64,000 nucleotides of DNA from Pecten maximus (Eukaryota). Made by a program: the position numbers and the translations under genes. The stretch spans positions 3,968,001 to 4,032,000 of the forward strand of contig NC_047018.1 in the NCBI RefSeq assembly GCF_902652985.1, read 5' to 3'. The notes beneath the pieces were generated by a model. It was not told the origin of the DNA, made no database searches, and worked only from the letters and a program-made list of their open reading frames with translations. Position 1 is the first letter of the stretch. Every line of letters starts with the position of its first letter. This document shows, piece by piece, positions 13,501-25,589 of this stretch.

Positions 13501-16500
13501 TAGTTGTACTTACACGTCGTGTTATATAAACTGTAGTTGTGATAGTTGTACTGACACGTCGTGTTATATAAACTATAGTTGTGATGGTTGTACTGACACG
13601 TCGTGTTATATAAACTACAGTTGTGATGGTTGTACTTACACGTCGTGCTATATAAACTACAGTTGTGATAGTTGTACTTACACGTCGTGTTATATAAACT
13701 ACAGTTGTGATAGTTGTACTTAGACGTCGTGTTATATAAACTATAGTTGTGATAGTTGTACTGACACGTCGTGTTATATACACTACAGTTGTGATAGTTG
13801 TACTTAGACGTCGTGTTATATAAACTATAGTTGTGATAGTTGTACTGACACGTCGTGCTATATAAACTATAGTTGTGATAGTTGTACTGACACGTCGTGT
13901 TATATAAACTACAGTTGTGATAGTTGTACTGACACGTCGTGTTATATAAACTACAGTTGTGATAGTTGTACTTTCACGTCGTGTTATATAAACTATAGTT
14001 GTGATAGTTGTACTTACACGTCGTGTTATATAAACTATAGTTGTGATAGTTGTACTGACACGTCGTGTTATATAAACTATAGTTGTGATAGTTGTACTTA
14101 CACGTCGTGTTATATAAACTATAGTTGTGATAGTTGTACTTACACGTCGGGTTATATAAACTATAGTTGTGATAGTTGTACTGACACGTCGTGTTATATA
14201 AACTATAGTTGTGATGGTTGTACTTACACGTCGTGTTATATAAACTATAGTTGTGATGGTTGTACTGACACGTCGTGTTATATAAACTGTAGTTGTGATA
14301 GTTGTACTTACACGTCGTGTTATATAAACTATAGTTGTGATAGTTGTACTGACACGTCCTGTTACATAAACTATAGTTGTGATAGTTGTACTTACACGAC
14401 GTGTTATATAAACTATAGTTGTGATAGTTGTACTGACACGTCGTGTTATATAAACTATAGTTGTGATAGTTGTACTGACACGTCGTGTTATATAAACTAC
14501 AGTTGTGATAGTTGTACTTACACGTCGTGTTATATAAACTAAAGTTGTGATAGTTGTACTGACACGTCGTGCTATATAAACTAAAGTTGTGATAGTTGTA
14601 CTGACACGTCGTGCTATATAAACTACAGTTGTGATAGTTGTACTTACACGTCGTGTTATATAAACTAAAGTTGTGATAGTTGTACTGACACGTCGTGTTA
14701 TATAAACTATAGTTGTGATAGTTGTACTGACACGTCGTGTTATATAAACTATAGTTGTGATAGTTGTACTTACACGTCGTGTTATATAAACTACAGTTGT
14801 GATAGTTGTACTTACACGTCGTGTTATATAAACTATAGTTGTGATAGTTGTACTGACACGTCGTGTTATATAAACTACAGTTGTGATAGTTGTACTTACA
14901 CTTGTGATAGTTGTACTGACACGTCGTGTTATATAAACTATAGTTGTGATAGTTGTACTGACACGTCGTGTTATATAAACTGTAGTTGTGTTAGTTGTAC
15001 TGACACGTCGTGTTATATAAACTATAGTTGTGATAGTTGTACTGACACGTCGTGTTATATAAACTATAGTTGTGATAGTTGTACTTACACGTCGGGTTAT
15101 ATAAACTATAGTTGTGATAGTTGTACTTACACGTCGTGTTACATAAACTACAGTTGTGATAGTTGTACTTACACGTCGTGTTATATAAACTGTAGTTGTG
15201 ATAGTTGTACTGACACGTCGTGTTATATAAACTATAGTTGTGATAGTTGTACTGACACGTCGTGTTATATAAACTATAGTTGTGATAGTTGTACTGACAC
15301 GTCGTGTTATATAAACTATAGTTGTACTGACACGTCGTGTTATATAAACTATAGTTGTGATAGTTGTACTGACACGTCGTGTTATATAAACTGTAGTTGT
15401 GATAGTTGTACTGACACGTCGTGTTATATAAACTATAGTTGTGATAGTTGTACTGACACGTCGTGTTATATAAACTATAGTTGTGATAGTTGTACTGACA
15501 CGTCGTGTTATATAAACTATAGTTGTGATAGTTGAACTGACACGTCGTGTTATATAAACTATAGTTGTGATAGTTGAACTGACACGTCGTGTTATATAAA
15601 CTATAGTTGTGATAGTTGTACTGACACGTCGTGTTATATAAACTACAGTTGTGATAGTTGTACTTACACGTCGTGTTATATAAACTACAGTTGTGATAGT
15701 TGTACTGACACGTCGTGTTATATAAACTACAGTTGTGATAGTTGTACTTACACGTCGTGTTATATAAACTATAGTTGTGATAGTTGTACTGACACGTCGT
15801 GTTATATAAACTACAGTTGTGATAGTTGTACTGACACGTCGTGTTATATAAACTATAGTTGTGATAGTTGTACTTACACGACGTGTTATATAAACTGTAG
15901 TTGTGATAGTTGTACTGACACGTCGTGTTATATAAACTATAGTTGTGATAGTTGTACTGACACGTCGTGTTATATAAACTGTAGTTGTGGTAGTTGTACT
16001 TACACGACGTGTTATATAAACTGTAGTTGTGATAGTTGTACTTACACGTCGTGTTATATAAACTATAGTTGTGATAGTTGTACTGACACGTCGTGTTATA
16101 TACACTACAGTTGTGATAGTTGTACTTACACGTCGTGTTATATAAACTATAGTTGTGATAGTTGTACGTACACGTCGTGTTATATAAACTATAGTTGTGG
16201 TAGTTGTACTTACACGTCGTGTTATATAAACTATAGTTGTGATAGTTGTACTTACACGTCGTGTTATATAAACTGTAGTTGTGATAGTTGTACTGACACG
16301 TCGTGTTATATAAACTGTAGTTGTGATAGTTGTACTGACACGACGTGTTATATAAACTATAGTTGTGTTAGTTGTACTGACACGTCGTGTTATATAAACT
16401 ATAGTTGTGATGGTTGTACTGACACGTCGTGTTATATAAACTACAGTTGTGATAGTTGTACTTACACGTTTGGCTTGATAAACTGCAGTTTTGATTATTA

Positions 16501-16540
16501 TACTTACGCTATGTACTATATAAACTACGGTTGTGATATA
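7560..16540. repeat. 42-bp satellite (CGTGTTATATAAACTATAGTTGTGATAGTTGTACT[T/G]ACACGT), about 210 copies
   Basis: Period 42 throughout, with degenerate edges; source of the 2733-aa minus-strand ORF. Confidence 0.98.
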
Positions 16541-18398
16541 TACATACAAAACACTATGCTGACTCCACATCACTGAATATATATTGTGCTGCAGCTAAAC
16601 CATGTAAATATACATGTATCCTTACTGTTTCTGTCGATTTCAGATTCAATAACAACATACCTTGTTCAGCCTCCTTTTTGTACAAACCAACACATCAACT
16701 GTTATGTCTGAAACATAGATAAAACATGTAAATGTCAGCCCTCAGGAGTGACCTTTCTCTTCCAGTAATTTATAAGAGAAAAAACAACCTTCTATATTTT
16801 CAAAATATATATGACCCGGGAGATTTCATTTCAAAATGTTGTTTTGGAGGGAGAAAGTAAGAATTAGAATTAGATATCCTGGGTTTTTTTTTCAAAAGAA
16901 CTCCGGGAGGGCGTCGATCAAAGTTAAAGCATATCCCCTGTCTTCCTGACCCGCCTATTTCAAATATCATTAGACAGAATATGTACCGAACTCTCATGCG
17001 GTTAACGTTGATACCAGTCAGTCCGATAACCTTACACGACATCTAGAGTAATCCTGACATTTGTCCTGTCATTATTGCTGTATTCAGTGATGGGGGCACG
17101 TCACTTCACAATCACACTTATAATTTACATCCAATACAGCTATTCTACAAGATAATCTACAATGTATCAAACATGTGACAATAATCTAAAGTGTATTCTC
17201 AGTCAAACAAAAAACTAAACATATTACCTTAATATTACTGTTGCACGTGACTTTGTCTGGAAAATACAATAAATTAAGAATGACGTATACAACACTAACC
17301 TATTTTCAATGTATAGCTGTCATGACAATATATTAACTTGAACGCTACAGTCTTTCGAGGAAATAAGCAATACACAGATCTTTGTAAAGAATATGTGTAA
17401 TTTAATAGTCTAGGTCGCTATAGAAGTGCAATATTACAACACAATCTAAATATTAATCAAGAAGAATACTTTAATAACGATAGAACATAGATGTGTAAAC
17501 CATGAGTAAAACTAGGGGGGATCTGACAAAAATAGGCTCACAGAAAAATCCCAGGGTTTCGTAATTGGAACTCCTTTATAGACAGATCTTGTCCTGTAAC
17601 TGTATACATATACCCACTCTAGATAATGGCATGCTCTCAAAATTGGAAACTGGGATGATAAAATCACAACAACCAGGCATATTTACGATTATCCACCGTG
17701 CAATGAGAATAATGGAAACTAGAAACATCTTTGGCTGCTTGTCTTACAAATGTAACTTAAACAATACTTGTGCTCATAGCTACTAACCTACCGACCCACT
17801 CCTCGTCGTGGTTTTAATGATTATGATAATTACTGTATGTGGATAACTGTTTAACCGGCATTGATTTAAGAGTACTTGATGATGTAAAAACAACTCTAAT
17901 GGGGTGTGTTAACAGATATCTAATAGTCTACACTTCTATAAACTACGACATTATAATAAAATAAGATCATCGCAATACAACTGAGATACACAATACTGTA
18001 GACAACTCTGTCGAGATAGACTATATTATTGTCAAGTAAAATACATCATGCTTTATACTTAAACAATCAATACCATGTGTATTATACATCAAATATAGCT
18101 TAACTTGTGCATTCAAAAACAATTAGTTCCACAAAACAAACACAAAAGTGTAAGATTATATAAAAAATAAATGAAAATTATTTTGTTTCGTAAACCTTAG
18201 CTACAAAAGATACGACTTTATAATATAGTCATGAATTTAACTAGATATGCATTCGTTTGACAAGATACAAACATGCCAAATACATCCTCTGCGTTTATCA
18301 ACACGTCTAGTGCTATGTATTAAGTGTCTGCTTCAGACCGCCGTCAATGATCACGACATATTGTTGAATCTCCCGGAATATGTGTGTAGCCTAGCTTT

Positions 18399-19742
18399 AC
18401 TCCATAGGTCATAGTTTATTATTCTCCATAGGTCATAGTTCATTATACTCCATAGGTCATAGTTTATTATACTCCATAGGTCATAGTTCATTATACTCCA
18501 TAGGTCATAGTTAATTATACTCCATAGGTCATAGTTCATTATACTCCATAGGTCATAGTTAATTATACTCCATAGGTCATAGTTCATTATACTCCATAGG
18601 TCATAGTTTATTATACTCCATAGGTCATAGTTTATTATACTCCATAGGTCTTAGTTTATTATACTCCATAGGTCTTAGTTTATTATACTCCATAGGTCAT
18701 AGTTAATTATACTCCATAGGTCATAGTTCATTATACTCCATAGGTCATAGTTAATTATACTCCATAGGTCATAGTTTATTATACTCCATAGGTCATAGTT
18801 TATTATACTCCATAGGTCATAGTTAATTATACTCCATAGGTCATAGTTTATTATACTCCATAGGTCATAGTTCATTATACTCCATAGGTCATAGTTTATT
18901 ATACTCCATAGGTCATAGTTTATTATACTCCATAGGTCATAGTTAATTATACTCCATAGGTCATAGTTTATTATACTCCATAGGTCATAGTTTATTATAC
19001 TCCATAGGTCATAGTTAATTATACTCCATAGGTCATAGTTTATTATACTCCATAGGTCATAGTTCATTATACTCCATAGGTCATAGTTCATTATACTCCA
19101 TAGGTCATAGTTTATTATACTCCATAGGTCATAGTTCATTATACTCCATAGGTCTTAGTTTATTATACTCCATAGGTCTTAGTTCATTATACTCCATAGG
19201 TCATAGTTTATTATACTCCATAGGTCATAGTTTATTATACTCCATAGGTCATAGTTTATTATACTCCATAGGTCATAGTTAATTATACTCCATAGGTCAT
19301 AGTTCATTATACTCCATAGGTCATAGTTCATTATACTCCATAGGTCATAGTTCATTATACTCCATAGGTCATAGTTTATTATACTCCATAGGTCATAGTT
19401 AATTATACTCCATAGGTCATAGTTCATTATACTCCATAGGTCATAGTTTATTATACTCCATAGGTCTTAGTTTATTATACTCCATAGGTCTTAGTTTATT
19501 ATACTCCATAGGTCATAGTTCATTATACTCCATAGGTCATAGTTTATTATACTCCATAGGTCATAGTTTATTATACTCCATAGGTCATAGTTAATTATAC
19601 TCCATAGGTCATAGTTCATTATACTCCATAGGTCATAGTTCATTATACTCCATAGGTCATAGTTTATTATACTTCATAGGTCATAGTTCATTATACTCCA
19701 TAGGTCATAGTTCATTATACTCCATAGGGACATAGTTCATTA
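18399..19742. repeat. 24-bp minisatellite (ACTCCATAGGTCATAGTT[T/C/A]ATTAT), about 56 copies
   Basis: Period 24, very homogeneous with one main variable position. Confidence 0.97.
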
Positions 19743-19887
19743 CACTGACTTGTCACATTGAGCGGATGTGACGTCTTGGTCGTACTCATTGATGACATCT
19801 ACACACAATATGGAAAGGAACAAAAATGCTTGAGTTACATACTCATTTGAAGTCTATGGAACGCCAAATTAACATATATTCAATAAA

Positions 19888-20260
19888 TTGAACCTATCAT
19901 CAATTATTTGAAGATAGGTTCTATTCAATTGGAGATAGGTTCAATTCAATTGAAGATAGGTCCATTCCATTATTTGTACCTATCTGTAATTATTTAAAGA
20001 TAGGTACAATTGAATTTAACCTATCTTTAATTAGATTGAACCTATCTTCAATTGAATTGAACCTATCTTCAATTGAATTGAACATATCTCTTATTGAATT
20101 GAACCTATCTCTAATTGAATTAAACCTATCTCTATTTGAATTAAACAGATCTTCAAATACAACATATTCTTAATTAGATTAAACATATCTTAAATTCAAT
20201 TGGATCTATTTTTAAATCAATTGCACCTATATTTAATTCAATTGAACCTATCCTTAATTC
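19888..20260. repeat. ~20-bp repeats (TTGAACCTATCTTCAATTGAA-like) in both orientations, foldback-like
   Basis: gaagataggtt copies at 19908-20008 face aacctatct copies at 20017-20255. Confidence 0.8.
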
Positions 20261-21704
20261 ATTGGCAGAACATATCTGAATGATACCATAACTGTAGAAG
20301 GACGAGGGCGTGCAAATCTAGATACCACAACTGTAGAAGAAGTAATTGCCCATTTGAACAGTAATCGTGTCTAGAGATAAGAATTCCGTATATCGTTAAG
20401 GAAATTTTAGACAAAATTTGCAAAATAATGATCGTCCATTTACCCAATATCTTTTCGACTTGGGAATACAAACGTCGTGTGATCAGGCGCTACTCCGGTT
20501 AAACACCTTAAGTAACATTACAGAACGGATGACGTGATAGGCGATTCAGCGATGGAAATACTATTACATGTTTGGTAATGCGTTCTTGTCTTGAGTGTTT
20601 ACTTTGATGTATATCAAATTATTGCAATTTGAACAAGTGATTGTATTTTTTTCTATAAATTCGCGAACATTCAAATTAGATAGGCGGCGTTATACAAGTA
20701 AATGTTTTGTTAAAGTAAAGTAACTGACGAAATTGCTATATGTTACGGCTATTTACAGACCTACCACACGTTACGGCTACTTACAGAAAACTGCTACATG
20801 ATACGACTATTTAAAGATATAAAATGTATATTTCGATAACAGAACAGTGCGGGATCGGGCGGCTTATATCATCACCGTTGATGTCTTGGTTCTGTCCGAT
20901 CTTATATCGAAATATTTATTGATTACTTGTGTTTATTTTGTTGAGACTGTTGGATGTAAGCCATGTGTTGTTACTGTAACCTCCATACAAGTACAAGATT
21001 CTGATGAATGGTGGTTCCGCTCCTAATATACATGTTTTATGTTTTTTAAGATTTTACAATATCCCAAATTTCGATTCTATTTGTTTTGGGATATTAATGT
21101 ACCAATTTGTAAAATTTTAAATGTGTCATTTATTTTGGTGTCCTTTGAAACATGAATTTATTCCTTTCCTCATGGTGATCATAAGGAATACATATACACC
21201 GATAATCGTTCATCAGCGACAATAATAGCTCAGCTTTATCTCTCTTCTGCGACCAATCTTACACACCGGCCATTTCAATGAAGTTTTCCCCTCTTTCTTG
21301 TTTTTAGAACTCTCCAGTGGGTGATCACAAACACACATTTTGCTCGTCTGCAGATCACTTAATGAATCTTTAAATGCACCATACGTGTGAACAACCAATG
21401 TTTATTGCATTCGATATTGTTTTCGTTGTGGCGATCAATTATTTCTAATACGCGTTGTGTGATGTTCGTAAATTTCACATTAGTACCACAATAAGCCTTT
21501 GTTTGAATTCCGTTGATTGAATCAAAAAAAAAATTTTATAGTGTTTTTACTCATAAAAAACTTATTAAGCTAATATATTATGTTCCTATGTAATCAGCCT
21601 ATATGTAGGTAAACGAGTTCATTGCTCCGAATACTGACGCAAGAAATTGTTGGAATTTGAAATGGAGTGAACCTTGTGTAACGTGCACAGGGGCAACAAC
21701 GGAG

Positions 21705-21744
21705 CATCCAAGAGCTGGCCTCGCTCGACGTTCTTAACTTCGGT
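21705..21744 (-). pseudogene. 5S rRNA-like fragment (internal control region), possibly from a 5S-derived SINE
   Basis: Minus strand reads ACCGAAGTTAAG-AACGTCGAGCgaGGccAGctCTTGGATG versus invertebrate 5S ACCGAAGTTAAGCAACGTCGAGCCCGGTTAGTACTTGGATG (consensus recalled from memory); flanks do not match 5S. Confidence 0.55.
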
Positions 21745-21759
21745 ACACAGACACGACAC

Positions 21760-22118
21760 TCAACCGCACAGCCACAAAAGCTAGCTATTGGACTATGCAG
21801 CTGAAATGACCATATCCATGAGCCATCACATTGACCCCTTCGCCTATAAGCTTCGTCCCGAAGCTTCTACGGGTTCAACTTGGCATCCTCAGCAAACACA
21901 ACTGTCCCTCTCGTTGTTATAGCGGTGCCGCCTCATGACCAGACCCCCTGGTCACCAACAAGTCTCCAGGAACATTGTGCTTCTCATGCTGTCCAAGGGC
22001 ACTCTACAGGATACCAGGCCCGTTCGCTGCCACCAAATGTAGCGTGCATCGGCGGTCCGTGGATGTGGGCATTTCAGCTGCATAGTCCAATAGCTAGCTT
22101 TTGTGGCTGTGCGGTTGA
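21760..22118. repeat. Perfect 49-bp inverted repeat (21760-21808 / 22070-22118) around a 261-bp relatively GC-rich spacer
   Basis: TCAACCGCACAGCCACAAAAGCTAGCTATTGGACTATGCAGCTGAAATG and its exact reverse complement. Confidence 0.92.
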
Positions 22119-22547
22119 AATGCCCATATCCATGAACCATCACACTTGTTTATAAACTTATAGGTTGGTACTTAACAACGAGCAGGAAAACACGTATCAT
22201 ATAATCCCCAAAAGAATGAACACATTACGTTATCTTCAGAAGCACTTGATGTAAGCGAAAAATAATTCTTTCTATAATATACTCTGAACGATGATAAGTG
22301 AAAACCTAATTTACTGGTAAAGTATACAATGTATTCATTTCCACCATCTTCAGTGGTGACAGTAATAATGCCAGACTATATCTAACTTGATTAGCTTGCA
22401 TGGCATTGTGGGATATCATTTTACGTGTGAAAGCATACCAATTACTCTTTAATACTTGTAAAATTACATTTGTGGTGTTGTTATAGTATTACCATTGTAT
22501 CCATCGTCAATAGTTTTGCGAATATTTTTTTTTTCATTTGCGCACGT

Positions 22548-23061
22548 TGTATTCCGTATTTCATCACGTACTTTTGTATTCCGTATTTCATCACGTACCT
22601 TTGTATTCCGTATTTCATCACGTACCTTTGTATTCCGTATTTCATCACGTACCTTTGTATTCCGTATTTCATCACGTACTTTTGTATTCCGTATTTCATC
22701 ACGTATCTTTGTATTCCGTATTTCATCGTGTACCTTTGTATTCCGTATTTCATCACGTATCTTTGTATTCCGTATTTCATCGTGTACCTTTGTATTCCGT
22801 ATTTATCACGTATCTTTGTATTCCGTATTTCATCGTGTACCTTTGTATTCCGTATTTATCACGTATCTTTGTATTCCGTATTTCATCGTGTACCTTTGTA
22901 TTCCGTATTTCATCACGTACTTGTATTCCGTATTTCATCACGTACCTTTGTATTCCGTATTTCATCACGTACCTTTGTATACCGTATTTTATCGCGTACC
23001 TTTGTATTATCTATTTATCAGTAACTTTCAATTCCGTATCTTATCACGTACCTTTGTATTC
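22548..23061. repeat. 27-bp minisatellite (GTATTCCGTATTTCATCACGTACCTTT), about 18 copies
   Basis: Period 27 with occasional 1-3 bp deletions. Confidence 0.95.
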
Positions 23062-23342
23062 TTTATTTTATAATTATAATTAGATAAGTATTCATATTAT
23101 AATCCCAATTTCTATGTTAATGTAGCGACTAAACAACTACTGTTTTGGAGACATCTTGACTAAATTAGATGATCTGACAAAACGGGCACATTGTATGATG
23201 TTAGCTTCAGGTCGCCATCTTTGTTCGAATCAAATCATGTGCGTTTGAAGGGATCAGTACTGCAAAGCTTCTAAACGATGTTGTGATCAATAATTACAAA
23301 TCATAAAAGAAACGAAAAAATCCCTTTTCAAATGTTTAAATC

Positions 23343-23592
23343 TTAAAGGTGCTACCAGAAACATGTATGTAATATATGTTTTGGTACTACACCTCCGACA
23401 AATAGAATTTTCTATCAATTAAAAACACGAATACACTCGTATGTATTTTTCTTCAGTAATAAAAGTTACACACTTTACATTATTACCATCCTCGGAAAGT
23501 TTCATCTTCTCATTTATCTTTAAAATTAAAAACAGAAATAGAAATAATTAATTGCGTCTCGAAGAAATTTCATTTCGCTCCGGCCTCCATAT

Positions 23593-23643
<51 letters not shown>

Positions 23644-24043
23644 ATTATTGAAATATTTAGTTAGTTTTTGTTTTCTGTTTACATCAAAACCTAGGCATTT
23701 AAAATTTGTAGTTCTGATAGGCAACAGGCAATATATAGCTGCCCAAGTTGAATCTAAAAAAAAAGTCCATCATAATTGTTTATTTCTGTATGTAAATATC
23801 TCCCAGAATGCACTGCGATCAAGGTCAAGTGTATGCAAAGTAGATTATAATGTTGGTCTCCTTCATAGGCAGAAATATCGAAAAGTTCGTAACTTCTTGG
23901 CTTCATTACGACAATATTAGACGTTGTAAAATAATTATTTTTATTTGTATGTCTTAAATAGGCATACATATATGGACTAAATGTCATTTATTGTCAAAAT
24001 AATAACAATATATTACACTGTGTCGGAGGTGAAGCATCTTTAA
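23343..24043. mobile_element. Kolobok-like MITE with TTAA target duplication, containing a G50 tract (23593-23642)
   Basis: TTAA|AGGTGCT..ACACCTCCGACA at left and TGTCGGAGGTGAAGCATCT|TTAA at right form ~19-bp TIRs; TTAA TSD with purine-purine termini is the Kolobok pattern. Confidence 0.7.
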
Positions 24044-25589
24044 TTGTTTATGCTTTAGGTTAGCAAATCACAGCAATTTTTCACAATGATGCTTCCGTTT
24101 TGTACCAAAATATGATAGAAATGTTTTTATTTAGATAATCCTTTTTTTTTCATTTCATTTCATTTGAAAGGTTTAATTAGATGTCCCAATATATTCGCTG
24201 TATGACATAACCGGAAACACACGCTATCAGAACGTGATCCGGAAATAATTTTCACTTGTTCACAACAGAAACATGACAATAATAAAAACAGAAGATTTTC
24301 GAACATTACCGGATAATGTTCATATTTGCTGAGGCACCAGTGTACTAGAATACAACGAAAGGTAACACTTGTTTTATACATAACTTTCATATCAACTAAA
24401 ACGAACAGTTAATTAATTCGAAAAATAGCAGTTAACGTTTGCTTGCAACACCTTATTGGGCTAGACCTACTTTCGTTTTACAGAAGGCGCACCATGGGCT
24501 TTTTTTGTTTTGTTTTGTTTTATAAATCCTTGCAAGAACTTTTTAAGTCATATGCATAAAAAAGATCTGCTAAAAATCTGCTTATTGACAATTTGAGTAA
24601 AAAGCAGGAATTAAGCTTTCAACTAAACATAATATTATTTGTTGCATGTTTCTTATGCCTTAAAGAGACAATCCTTCGTTCGGACATAAGAAACGTGCAC
24701 AATTTCTATTGATGACATCTAAGTCCGAACAAGGATTATATGAGTGTTTGTGCCTACTAGTAATGAACTTAACGTCGAAATGTACAGAAAAATGACAAAT
24801 CGTACACAAATTTTTTTCTTTGCGGTAATTAGTAATACTTCGGGGCGAATAAAGAATTTTTTAGGACATAATATTTGAATAACTTCGGGTTATCTTGTGA
24901 GTAAAGCTGCCATATTAATGTAACGACCATAACTTTTACTACTTGGGGAAAAATACATATTTTCCATTAAGTTCCATTTTGACGACCTAAACTTTATTCA
25001 AAGGAAGGAATGCCCCTTTATGAGTGTGAAACAATTTTATCATTATCTTTTTTTTTCGGCATAGCCGTATAATTTTCTTTTTGCTCCGGATATGACGCGA
25101 CAGGTGGCGTTACTGGTTAAGATGAAGTATGTGATTGGTCAATGTAAAGGTAAATGCAAAATGCAGATATGCAGTTAAAAACGAAACAAAGTTAAGATTG
25201 AATGCAGAATGAATCTTTTCAAATGACACATTAATAAAATTATATTCCCGATTCAAATGCAGTCTTATTATTACCAAAAATGATTCAAACTGATCTAATT
25301 TTGTTACCCGTGCTGAAACGCATTATATTTACGAATTATATACTAGAGTATATAGATCTCTGATTTATTTCACCAGCAGTTTTACATTATAACCACCAGC
25401 ATTAAAACGATGCCGTTTATCTTTTTTAAAGATATTTCTTGTTTTAGAATACTGTGTTTGAAAAAGGTTATGTATCGGTACCCTCGAGTCAATCAAGCTC
25501 ACTACTCTACCTTGTGACCAGGTCAGTGTAGTTAACATGGTGCAGTCCGTAATTTTGATTTAACATGGTGTTTACATTAAAGTACACAG

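Noticed and set aside
21705-21744. Functional 5S rRNA gene
   Set aside because: Only about 40 of 120 nt match; the 5' and 3' stems and terminator are absent.
23552-23920. Poly-Gly ORF (and poly-Pro ORFs at 27175-27478)
   Set aside because: They result from homopolymer G and C tracts, with no other coding signal.
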